DNA of 64,000 nucleotides from Eledone cirrhosa (Eukaryota): NCBI GenBank assembly GCA_964016885.1, contig OZ024743.1, positions 87,358,001 to 87,422,000 of the forward strand, read 5' to 3'. Shown piece by piece: positions 25,205 to 36,371 of this stretch (position 1 is its first letter; each line of letters starts with the position of its first letter). The notes under the pieces were generated by a model. It saw only the letters and a program-made list of their open reading frames with translations, ran no database searches and was not told where the DNA came from. The position numbers and the translations under genes were made by a program.

Positions 25205-25410
25205 AGAAATACTGAAACAGTGGATCACCTAATATCTGCATGCACCAACTTAGTGCCGTATGAATACAAAAACAAACATGGCAGAGTGGGGAAGTACATC
25301 CACTGGAAAATATTTAGCCAAAAGCTGGTTTCAACACCATCCAGACCAGGTAACTGAAATTGGTAATGTAATAACACTGTTTGAGTATCCAGTCAATGCT
25401 GTAAGAGCTG
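25205..25410 (+). mobile_element. R4-like REL-endonuclease fragment
   Basis: ETVDHLISACTNLVPYEYKNKHGRVGKYIHWKI matches the CCHC/RHD region. Confidence 0.6.
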
Positions 25411-25419
25411 TGAAAAACA

Positions 25420-25770
25420 ACTTCTAGCCAGGCAAAGCCATGCTGGTGTCATTTAGAAGATTTCCCTCTAGAAAAGTGATCAGATTCCTTTCATGACTTT
25501 TCTAATATGTGAGGTCAGGGAGACAAGTCTGTAGTATTTAGCATCTGCCCTGCTTCCTCCTTGAAAGACAGGACATATTATGCCTTCTTTTTAGTTTTCC
25601 GGGTAGTTTACCACTTGTAATGGATCTTTGAAAGAGGATCTGCAGTGGGTTTGCTAATGTTCGCTTGCGTATGTTTAGGAGTATTACTGGGAAACTACCA
25701 GGACCAGCTGCCGAATTTGGTTTCATTTCGTCTATGGCTGATATTTATATCTTTCACATTTATATCTATG
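25420..25770 (-). mobile_element. CR1-like RT fragment
   Basis: SAAGPGSFPVILL...LANPLQILFQRSITSGKLP then YRLVSLTSHI; similar to the fragment at 53450-53680. Confidence 0.75.
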
Positions 25771-26154
25771 TGGTTGATATATATATATGAGAAAGTTGTA
25801 GTTTGCTTGAAGCATTGTGTATGGTATAGAAAATGATGTGAAGTTTGAAGGGCATGGCAATGCGAAATGGACGAACAAGAAAAAAAGATTTAAAGATTAT
25901 AAATAGTGGGTTATAGTTAAATTTAATTACAAAAATATTAGGTTCTTGTTTGGTTAATATTTAGTGAATAAAAGAAAATAATTGAAATTTAGTAGAGGTG
26001 GGAGACATTTATTATGTTAATAATCAATATATTAGTACATTAGTATATTAGTATATTAGTATATTAGAGCTCATAGTTTAAAAGGCGGGAAGTTCAATCG
26101 ATTAAATTCTGTCAGAGCTAGCGAAAATATATGATAGTTGGCAGGTAAGCAGTA

Positions 26155-26203
26155 AACTGCACTGATGAAGGGTAATCACCCAGAAATATTAGTGTCTGCA
26201 GTT
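26155..26203 (+). ncRNA. Minimal type I hammerhead ribozyme, intact core
   Basis: Stem I AACTGCA/TGCAGTT, CTGATGA 26162-26168, stem II GGGT/ACCC, GAAA 26183-26186, near-palindromic stem III TATTAGTG, GTC cleavage triplet. Confidence 0.85.
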
Positions 26204-26282
26204 CTGTTTGCATGCCAACACAAGAGCGAGAATAATGTGGAGTTGTAGAGTTTAGACTTTAGAGAATTAGTTGATATAATAT

Positions 26283-26580
26283 TGACCCCGGCAAGCTAAA
26301 AAGCAAAGTCGACCTCGGCGGAATTTGAAACGGGATCGTAAACTGCTGCAAAGCGTTTTGTTCGTCGTTCTAACGATTCTGCTAATCCATGTTGACATAA
26401 TTCTTTCTAGTATTGACACTAAACCAACAGGGAGAAAATCAATTATATCGAACTCAGTAGATGAACATAGTATTTATTTTATCGATTCCAGTAACATGAA
26501 AGACAAAGGTGACTTCAGCGGGATTTGGACTCAGAACGCAAAGAGTCGTAACTAGATGCCTCAAAACACTTGCTCCGATA
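26283..26580 (-). mobile_element. Two SINE copies immediately 3' of the toxin-like gene
   Basis: GCAAAGTCGACCTCGGCGGAATTTGAA and GACAAAGGTGACTTCAGCGGGATTTGGACTCAG. Confidence 0.75.
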
Positions 26581-26612
26581 CTCATCCTATTCTGTCAACC
26601 CACGAAACATGG

Positions 26613-27411
26613 TTACTCGTTGGCAGGAACAATGCTAACATTTCGATTTTCCTCTTTTGTCTTCAGTATTCTTCTGCTATAAATGTATACCTCATCATAC
26701 ATAATAGTTTTGCTATTTGGGAACGTTATAGCATGTTCACCGGGGTGAATCTGCACAAGATCATTATCTTTTGCATAACGTTCAAACAAATTTCCCAAAC
26801 TGGTGATTTCTCGCCGTTAGGTTTCTTCTTAATGAACACAGGAGCTCCCCAGCCTGCATGTATGGGTCTTAGTCGTAACCGGGTTTTCACAACAAAATAC
26901 TTCTCCACATTGTGATCATATTGTTCAACAACTACTTTAGCTGAATCGTTTTCATTCAACGTGAACTCGGTGGTCTCCGACCACGTGGTGGTCGATTTCT
27001 TTTTTGTTTCATTTTTCTTTTCAGTTTTCTCATCCGAAGATAAGTTGAAGTTTAATCCTACTACATCCAGTGACAGTTTTCCTCCAATGCTGTAATTATT
27101 TTGCAGACTTACCATCTTCGAATCCATTTGCGAACCTTGTGCATTGAACACATGCTTCTGTTGGTTCCCTGTTTGACACGTATAAGTGGTTGAGTATTGA
27201 ACGTGGGGCTCTGTTTTTTCGTCTCGTACGATATCATCCGATTCAGGGATATCTGTGAAGCTGAAGTAACTCCATCGGATATCAAAAATGTAGTCACGTC
27301 GCCGAATGAAGCATCGTTTCAACACACAAAGGCGTTTCATATATTTATTCCAGACGAAGTCTTCGATGAGCTTCTGTACATCAACCTCTACCGCATATTC
27401 TAGGTGTTTCC
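26613..27411 (-). pseudogene. Aerolysin/ETX-MTX2 (LIN-24-like) beta-pore-forming protein gene, frameshifted
   Basis: Exon after acceptor TTTTACAG (AG at 27413-27412). Ser/Thr-rich beta pattern STTYTCQTGNQQKHVF...SLQNNYSIGGKLSLDV...TTTWSETTEFTL...AKVVVEQ...FVVKTRL...PVFIKKK; continues in another frame as ITSLGNLFERY...HAITF to a stop at 26613. Family call is by pattern recognition only. Confidence 0.6.
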
Positions 27412-27479
27412 CTGTAAAACACAGAAAACACAAATATCAATACATAAATAAATAAATACATACATAAATACATACATAC

Positions 27480-27808
27480 ATAAATGATGGCTGCAAACTC
27501 TGCTAAGAGTATTGCAATCGTTTGTCAGATTCAGACGTGTGACGCTAGAAACTTGCACTCCTTCGCACATTGACGACAGCTATGGATCTCTCTGGCCGCA
27601 GGTTGCCTGTGAACCGTGGAGATCATAGTTTATTGGTTCTCTTTGAACATGGCTGCGACTGTGGCCCATGAGACCATATTTACTCAAGCAAATCTTTCCA
27701 CACTCAGGGAACACCAATTCAATGGAGACACCGATCGTTTCGAGAGATACACCAGGACATTGCTTACGCACATCTCGTTTGATCTTTTCGTGCTCTATGC
27801 GTCTGTAT
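27480..27808 (-). mobile_element. 3' end of an RTE-type LINE with C-terminal zinc finger, between (TATG)n tracts
   Basis: RRIEHEKIKRDVRK...PECGKICLSKYGLMGHSRSH; 3' end GAGTTTGCAGCCATCAT+(TATG)n resembles GAGTTGGCAGCCACCAT at 40372-40388. Confidence 0.75.
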
Positions 27809-27876
27809 AAATACATACATACATACATACATACATACATACATACATACATACATACATACATACATACATACAT

Positions 27877-30800
27877 AGTCAGTCAACGCGATCAGTCGCC
27901 ATATTTTGGCGTGGGAGATTATTCATTAAATTTAAGATGAAACAGTAATGCCACAACTACCAGCCATGTTGAATAACTGGATACTCCTCTAACTATATCT
28001 AATGAAGACACCTTTTATTCGAATTCGTAGAGATATCCGATTAAATACATAATTCATTTTACAAGGATTTGCTGCAAACAGCATGGCTGAGCACAACATC
28101 AACAACAACAACAAAATTAAGGAAGTACCGAAGAAAAACAACGAGAAAGGTAAACAACATTTATTAAGTTGTAGCTACAGAAGAAACCGAAATTATAAAT
28201 CGCATTTCTCTTGGAGTTGCGAACTTAATGATGATTTATTTAATTGTTATAAAATGGCAAAAAACAATCCCTCCATTGGCTATATGAACAGAATGAAGCT
28301 ACACTGAGAGCTAAATACACCCAGAGCTAAATCACTTCACAGCGAAACAATTACGCCAACAAGCGATGTTTGTTGAACGTAAAAATAAGATAAATATTAT
28401 TAATTGTAAGTCCCCCACAACAAACATGGGATCAACAACACGTGTTACAGGTCGCCATGCTACTAGACTTCCTAGCAGCCAGGTCGAACAGCGCCTTGAA
28501 ACAACTATGTCTGTAAGATACTTGACGCCACGTGTACCATCTAAGTCTACCTCGAATGCTGGGGAAAACACTATCGATAATAATAATAATCGAAGAAATA
28601 ATAATAATAAACGAAGAAATTTGACACCACGTGTACCATCCGAGTCTACCTCGACTATTGTGGAAAATACTATCGATAATGATAATAATCAAAAGTATAA
28701 ACAATTGAAAATTTCCCTCAACGAAATCTTCCAGAGAGAAATTAATTCTTGTATAAATACCTCTCTTGCTGAAGGTATTAAAACAACATTATTTAATAAA
28801 AAAACAAATAATGAAATATTACGTGTTATTGACGAAATAGGGGATGCATATTTACGACGGATAAAAACCCCAACATTTTGGCAAATCAACGTTTATATGC
28901 CTTAGCAACGACAGTGAAGCATTATCTTGGTGATAGCAGAGATATTAACAAGAAAAAAACACCACCAAAAATACCATCATATATAACTAAAATAGAAAAA
29001 AAGATTGCTGACCTACGAAAAATCATAGGATATGTGACAATGCTCCTTACATGCAAACAAACACAAAAAACCCCACTCCTCACCAACAAAGAGTGAAAAA
29101 TAAAATAGAGACGATGTTTGGTAACAGTAGAACCAGAACTCTTCAATATAAGCTGATTACCCCCAAACAAGAATTGAGAGCTGTTAGCGAAAAACGCCGA
29201 TACCTGAAGAAGGTAGATGAAAGAAAAGTGCTTAATAAAAGGTTCAGACGAAATCAAACATTAGTCTTTAGAGATATGAAGGGCAAAATAATAAGTGTCA
29301 CTGAGGCCCCATCCCAGAAAGACAGATTCCTTTTGGAGAAAAATATGGGGTGAAAAGAAGAATTTCAACCAAGATGCAGTGTAGCTAAAAGAAATCCGAA
29401 AGAACTATTGTTCCTACACTACAACAAAAACATACGTAATAAGTGAGGGTACCCTTGAGACTGTGATAGGAAAACTCCAAGATAAGAAAACACCAGGAAG
29501 AGACATGATTGTCGGCTACTGGTACAAAAAACTGATATTCTATCGGAAGTATCTTACCGACCTCTACCAACAAGTTCTTAAGGGAGATACACTTATACCA
29601 GAATGGTTGACATTAGCACAAACATTACTGGTCCCCAAGAACAAAGACACCCACTTGGCAAAAACTACCGACCGATTGCATGCCAGAACCTGATGTATAA
29701 GATGTATACAGCCTGCCTGAACCTATTCCTCCAAGATCACTGTGAATATAATAACATCATCACAGATGAACAAGCAGCTGGAAAGAAAGGGGTTTGGGGA
29801 TGTGCTGAACAACTCCTAATCAACAAAACTACGATGTCGGAGGTGCGACAACTTAGGAGGAATATGAGTACAGACTGGCTGAACTACAGGAAAGCTCTCG
29901 ATTCTATTCCCCACTCTTGGATGATAAAGGCCCTCCGACTTGCTAAAGTCCCAGACATTATTATCAGAGCCATAGAGAAGCTGTCTTTTCTTGGGCTACT
30001 ATCCTAAAGTTAAAGACAGAGAAGGAGGACTCTATTTTCACTGATAAAATAAAATATCGCAGGAGTATATTTCAGGGAGACAGTCTCTCTGTGATATTAT
30101 TTATCCTGTCATTAAACCTTTTGTCCTTTCTGTCAAGAAATGTGAAGTATACATCATTGGCTCACAGGAGGACAGAAATACGAACCTAACCCATAATTTC
30201 TTTGTGGATAACCTGAAACTCTATGCCAAGTACATAGATGGGATGAAGAAAAATCTTGACATGGTTACAACATTCTCAAAGGATATAGGAATGGAGTTTG
30301 GCCAAGGTAAATGCTCATATATGACTGTAAAGCGGGTAAAAACAACAACCCAATCTAGCAACATTGTCATCAATGGCCTAACTGTTTCACCGATATCTGA
30401 TGAGGACTGCTACAGATACTTGGGGATAGATGAGAACATATCCTATAATGGTATCTGTAATAAGGAACGCGTAACCAGGGAATACTACACTCGATTAAGA
30501 AAGATATGGTCATCGGAACTCTCTGCGCAAAACAAAGCAGTGGCTCACAATGTGTTTGCTGTGCCTGTCCTAACACCAAGGTTTGGAATACTCAACTGGA
30601 CGATAGACGAAATCCGAGCTGTTGATATTGGAACTCGAAAAATACTGAACAACACCGGAAACTTCCACATCAACAGTGACTTAGACCGCCTTTACTTGAA
30701 ACGTAAGCAGGGAGGCAGAGGCCTAACATCAGTCCAGACAGCATTTGAATGTCGCATCATATCCTTCCGACAACATCTACGAACCTCGAAGCATAGAGGC

Positions 30801-31608
30801 TCGTCTCTCGAGCAAGTCTATCTGCATGAAACAGATAAGATCATGAGAGTTGGCAAGGAACTCCTCGAGAGATATTCCCTGTGTGATAATCAAAAACTCA
30901 CACCCAGGGATGTCGCTCAGCAGTATCGCAGTGAATCCATGGATGAAAAATTGCATACCTATCAGCAAAAAATCATGCATGGATATGTTGCCAGGAAGCT
31001 CCAGAGTGAGAGTAATATAGATAAAGGTAAGTAGTCTATCTTGGACCAACAACCGCTATATTGGCTCCCACTTTGAAGGATACGATTCTGCAATCCAAGA
31101 ACAGGAAATCAACACGAAATACCTGATTCACAAAAGAGATAGGGATGCAGACAAAACACCTAGATCTGATAACAAGTGCAGACTCTGCAGAATTAACATC
31201 GAAGATGTCACCCATGTCATAAGTAGCTGCCCAAAGATGTCGCGGTACTATCTACGTATGAGCATGATGTAGTGGCCAAAACACTGTACAATGCAATCCG
31301 TAGAAAAGATAGCCCCGATAATAAACACATTAAAAGCTACAGCAATGTGGAAGACATCCATATACATAATATGAAAGAGTACTGGTGGAATGTTCTAGTA
31401 AAAACCCCAATAAAATGCAGGCATAACAGACCAGATATGATATGGGACAGGGAAAAGAAGGCATGCACAGTAGTGGAAATTAGCTGCCCAGCAGATGCTA
31501 ATATAATATCAAAGATTAGTGGAGAGGAGAATATTTATGCAGAACTGATGAGAAATCTGCAGATACTCCACCCTGATTATACCTTCAGATTTATGCCTGT
31601 GATTAAAT
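27877..31608 (+). mobile_element. R4/Dong-clade non-LTR retrotransposon (RT + REL endonuclease), frameshifted, 3' end lost
   Basis: KTPGRDMIVGYWYK, NYRPIAC, IFQGDSLS, FVDNLKLY, YRYLG, LYLKRKQGGRGL, CRLC..H...C, RPD, VVEISCP; starts exactly at the end of (CATA)n 27811-27876. Confidence 0.93.
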
Positions 31609-33074
31609 GATAGTGCAACAGGTCGTTGGCAGCCATTTTGAAAAATTTGTGTGTGAACATGATAATATGATGAAAAAGAAAGAAAGGCTATATTCACTTT
31701 GTATAACAAATATGGCGAGTTCAATTTTTTTTGTGAAAGTGATGAAAAAGTAGCGAAAAGGGTTTAGTTGAATGAGTAAGTGAGCTGTGATGTTCATCAA
31801 AATTGACATGTTGAATATAAGAATACAGGAGTCCAAGTCTTTTTGAGTGTTCGTTGTGAGACGGACGAAGGATATATCCAGTGATTGAAACACATTTAAA
31901 CGATGTAAACACGTGAGGTGAAAAGCCAAATTTTTTCTTGTTTGTTTGCTGCTGAGGAAAAGATTACTTATATTTTTCGTTGTAGAAAAAATCCACGTGG
32001 AATGTTGTTAGAGGAATCTTTTCTTTTGGAAATACTGCTAATTAATTTTCTTTTTTTCATATTCACACAACACCATATCCTATTATTTTTTTCTTGGGGT
32101 CACCACTTATAACAAGGACACTGGGTTGTATGTACAATATTTATTTAACAAGGTTGAGCTATATAGAACAGAATAGTTGACATGCCAAGAGAGATGAAAG
32201 GATGAATTAAAGTTATTTGTTACCGTTTTGAAGTCATCGCGCAAGAGACCAAGAGGTCTTTATATTACCATATTCAGTTTGCCAGAGAGTATAATCTTGG
32301 CGGAACACGCCTGGACGAAGGGCCAGGCAGGTTAAAAGAGAGGGAGGTAGCTTTCAGCTCTCTCCTTCAGAAGTGACAAAGAAGGTTTTGCCACCTCAAC
32401 GGAAGTAACTCCAGCTACTTCCTGTCTAGAGAGCGCTACTGGTGATGTGATCGTCATAACAAGGGAGGCAACTCTTGCTACACGCGAAAGAATGAAATGC
32501 AAAACTGACTTCCAAAACTGGGATTTGAACTCAGAGAGTGCAAAGAGCCCAAGAGAATACCGTAAATTATCCGACGTTTTAACGACTCTACCAAATTCTC
32601 TCCTCTGTGTACGTTTTCATAACATTAATATTTCGTGTATTTCCATTTTTTTCTGACTGGAATTGCTGACATTACAAAGAATGTCGTGTCAGCTACTTCA
32701 CCCCATCCCCGCTAACTCCAAACTGATATTACAAAGTTCAGATAGTTTATCTTAACCCTCTGCCAAACCACGATATTATCTGCCTCTTATTGTGACCTAA
32801 CCAACTAGATTTGTAAACCAACCATCGAGTCCTGTTTATTTGACTTTGTATCAAATTACATAAACATTTCCTGCCTCTTCCATCTTTTTCACGAGAGAAA
32901 CTACTGCCTGTGTGTTACAGTTTACAGTTAGTTGCCTGATGCTACTGTTTGTCACTAACACCAATTCTGTCGGCTTATCCCAACATTAGCTTTGGTCGGT
33001 CCTGATTAAGCTGACTTCTTCCCGGCGTGACAATCTCGTCTACTTTCGTATAACAGGGACTATATTATGCAATG

Positions 33075-33357
33075 TACTGTCAGGTCTTGAATAATCGCCC
33101 CCGCCCTCCGCTTATTAAATTTTGTTAATCTATCTCCGCCGAAATTTATTGTAAGTGATTCATATCGATATAGCAGCTGGAGAATATAATAATAATTTTA
33201 TTCTACATTAAAAAGATTTTATATAAGAAATCCCAAATTTTCGAACGAACACTTTACAATTACTGATTTCCCCCCTCCCTCTCAATAGAATTTAAGCAAA
33301 TGTCCACCTCCACCCTGCTTATTCCACCACCTCCTATTATTTGGGACCCGAGAGTAT
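33075..33357. mobile_element. Tc/mariner-type MITE
   Basis: Imperfect TIRs TACTGTCAGGTCTTGAATAA / TTATTTGGGACCCGAGAGTA; related fragment at 34082-34130. Confidence 0.6.
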
Positions 33358-33419
33358 ACGTTTATTTAAGGCCAATAAACTCGTGTCATCAATAATTGTT
33401 TCTACTTTAGGCACAAGGC

Positions 33420-33654
33420 ACATTCTGAAGTGAACGCGACCCAACGGGTCACGAGAGGTCTAGTATACTACTACAACTCTGTGATTGCTTGCTTGCTAGT
33501 CTGTAATATAATACAGCTAAAAGGGTGGATAATAGGAAAATACTTTCAAAGGAAGTTTCCCCTGAAATGGGAATACAAATGGAATAAAACAGGTTTCGCA
33601 TAAATCGAAGCACTGGTTCCCGAGATATGGGGTTTTCATGGTACCTTCATAAAC

Positions 33655-33708
<54 letters not shown>

Positions 33709-34028
33709 GGTGGTGTTGTTGTGTATATATATAGAGGTGAGTGCGTGTGTATATATATATGTGTGTGTGTGTCTATGACCAGTGTATATAGATCACATAC
33801 ACCCACATATATATTCAGACACATAACTATATATATATATGTGTATACAAACACTCACATTTAAATATATATAACATACACACGTATATATATGGGCCTT
33901 CCAGTTTCATTTTACATTCTATACATGTCTGTGTATACTTTAATTATTTAAAATTATTTTTAAGTGAATATGATTTTTAAAAGATATTCTGAAGTGAACG
34001 TGACCCAACGGGTCACGTGTGGTCTAGT
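33420..34028 (+). mobile_element. Non-autonomous Helitron(s) with two 3' ends
   Basis: ATTCTGAAGTGAACG(C/T)GACCCAACGGGTCACG..GGTCTAGT (hairpin + CTAG) occurs at ~33422-33463 and ~33986-34028. Confidence 0.7.
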
Positions 34029-34562
34029 TAGAAATAAAAATGATATTTCAATAACATATTTCTAGGATACAATTACATATCACGAGTCCCAAATAATAGG
34101 GGTGGAGGGTGGGGTGGGGGTCGAATAAGCGAAAGTATAGCGGAACTACTTCATACCTTGCAATAACAATATTTCATATGTGATTTGGTCAAACAAACTA
34201 ATCGTATTAGATCGCGTATGAATTCATTGTTGCCTCCTCCTTATAAAATCTTCTAGCTGACCAGAGAGATGACTCTGGACAGCAAGATGAGAAGACATAC
34301 TACAGAGTAGTGCCCCATATTTCTTGTATTTACCTGTGAAGAGGAACTAATTATTTATCAACAAGATGTATTCAACATTTCGGGAATTGTTCTATTATGG
34401 TATGAGATATTCAACGTCTCCTGTTTTGCTCTAGGCAGTATCTGCCTAGCTTCAATCTAATGGCCAGTAATTGCTTTCATTTCTTATATCCTCCTGTGTA
34501 TATAATTCGGCCTTCTAACAATAAATATGTGTTTATATCGAATTGAGTGTTTTAAATAATTG

Positions 34563-34742
34563 TTTCTATTTTAGGCACAAGGCCAGCAATCACCTAGTGC
34601 ATTACTGGTACTTTATTTTATCGACCCCGTAAAGATGAAAGGCAAAGTCAACCTCGGCGGGATTTGAACTCAGACCGTAAAGGGACGTAACTATGCTGGA
34701 AAGCATGGCGTCCGACCCTCTACCGATACTGCCAATCCACCT
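34563..34742 (-). mobile_element. tRNA-derived SINE, well preserved
   Basis: CTGGTACTTTATTTTATCGACCCCGTAAAGATGAAAGGCAAAGTCAACCTCGGCGGGATTTGAACTCAG. Confidence 0.9.
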
Positions 34743-34959
34743 AATAGGCATTTAACTCTCCCTTCGTTATAAAATAGTTGCAATAAGCACACGGATGGGG
34801 GGCGGGGGGTAATCGTTTTAGGTTGTTCCCGTTGATTTTTTAAAAAACCAGAACTAGTCGTTTAGTTTATATATTGGAATCCTAACCAATCGTATTTTTT
34901 TTATAATGTATGGGATTTCTTGTAATGTTCTTTTTTTGTCATGTATAATGTTTTTTTAA

Positions 34960-35420
34960 TGTATAAGAAAAAAATTTCCATCCAATGGAAAGCTATCACT
35001 AAGTCCAAGACATACGCAAGGGGTAATCCGTCTTGTGGATTGTGCATTGAAGAAAAGATCAATATCATGAGAAGATTACGCAATAACGATTGCCTAAATT
35101 CAAGAAATGAGCTTTTCTCACGTTGTCCACATGTCTGGAAACACCTCTTGTATAATTACAAAGCTCCAGATTGAATAACATCAGCATTCTAATACTCTGA
35201 TCAACTTGAATAATTTATCCCGGACATTCGCAGTTATCTTCCTTACATCTTTCGACCGTGGAATTATATCGTCTAGGAGAAGTGACCGTTTCTGCGCATG
35301 CGTATACATACGGTTGTTTTTCTTTTTCCGTACAACTTTACTCAAACCGAGCTGAAGATCCGCTTAAGGTGAAGCATTTGTTCTCGGTATGATGAACTAA
35401 CTGTTGTGGAACTACTTATA
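34960..35420 (+). mobile_element. Penelope-like element 3' end (GIY-YIG C-terminus plus pLTR with hammerhead)
   Basis: IQWKAI...CGLCIEEK...LNSRNELFSRCPH; hammerhead 35346-35388 ACCGAG-CTGAAGA-stem-GAAG-CATTTG-TT-CTCGGT. Confidence 0.82.
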
Positions 35421-35448
35421 TATATAAATAATTACAACAGTGACATAA

Positions 35449-35498
35449 ACAGGTACTCGAGTTTCGTTGGGTTATGGGTCCCAATTCATTCAGCCTGT
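35449..35498 (-). ncRNA. Type I hammerhead with 8-nt core variant
   Basis: Minus strand ACAGG-CTGAATGA-ATTGGG..CCCAAC-GAAA-CTCGAG-TA-CCTGT; palindromic stem III; related sequence at 8032-8115. Confidence 0.7.
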
Positions 35499-35922
35499 CA
35501 TGAGAAAATAAAAACAAAGAGGGCCGCCTGGGGTTGATTGTGCTTTCCTTATAGAATATAACAAAAGAGTTTACGCGGGGGCAGGAAATTTAGAAAAAAG
35601 ATGAGAAAAAGGGGTTCTTTTAACAAAATAGGGTAACGTCAAGGGAGGTAAATCTTGAGAGACCACAGTCAATTTTGAATGAAAATAGAAGCACAATAAT
35701 TTCTTCTATAGTTGATTCCACCCCCCCCCCTCCACACATATATATATATGTATGTGTGTGTGTGCGTGTGTAGTAAAATATATATATAGTGTAGGTGGTA
35801 AGGTGAAATACTGGTGTTGGTACCAAATCTAGCACTCTTTGCACTCTGCGAAACGACGCGCGTAACAGGTCGATACGCAATAAATATTTACCATGTGTAC
35901 ACGAAACTACCTCGTTTTTTTC

Positions 35923-35984
<62 letters not shown>

Positions 35985-35992
<8 letters not shown>

Positions 35993-36340
35993 AAGCTGAC
36001 GGCCGTATGTATGTAACAAACTTTTCGCCAAACGGCTGGACCAAACGGCACCAAATTTACACCATAGATGTAACTTTTTCCAAAGGTATTTTTGTCTACT
36101 AAATTTCGTTATTCTTGATTAAAGATATTTTATTGTTTATTTAAATATTCCCTTCTTTAAAATTTTCAAATGTCAACACTTCCGGTTAGCGATCGCTTAT
36201 ATGACATTCCCCTCTCTTTCTTAGTCTGTCTTTTTAGATAGATACATAGCTATAACGTTGCGCCCTTATAATATGTCTCTGTATGTCTGGCTGACTGCAT
36301 TATGAAAACCCTTCTGTACAATGACTTCGCTATCGTGTGT
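35985..36340 (+). mobile_element. Helitron-like 5' portion preceding the RTE insertion
   Basis: TATAATAAAGCTGACGGCCGTATGTATGT start; module TTTTTAGATAGATACAT..TATAACGT.GCGCCCTTATAATAT shared with 41150-41260, 44030-44125 and 60490-60590. Confidence 0.6.
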
Positions 36341-36371
36341 GTGTGGGTGTGTGTGTATATAGTGTGTGTAT

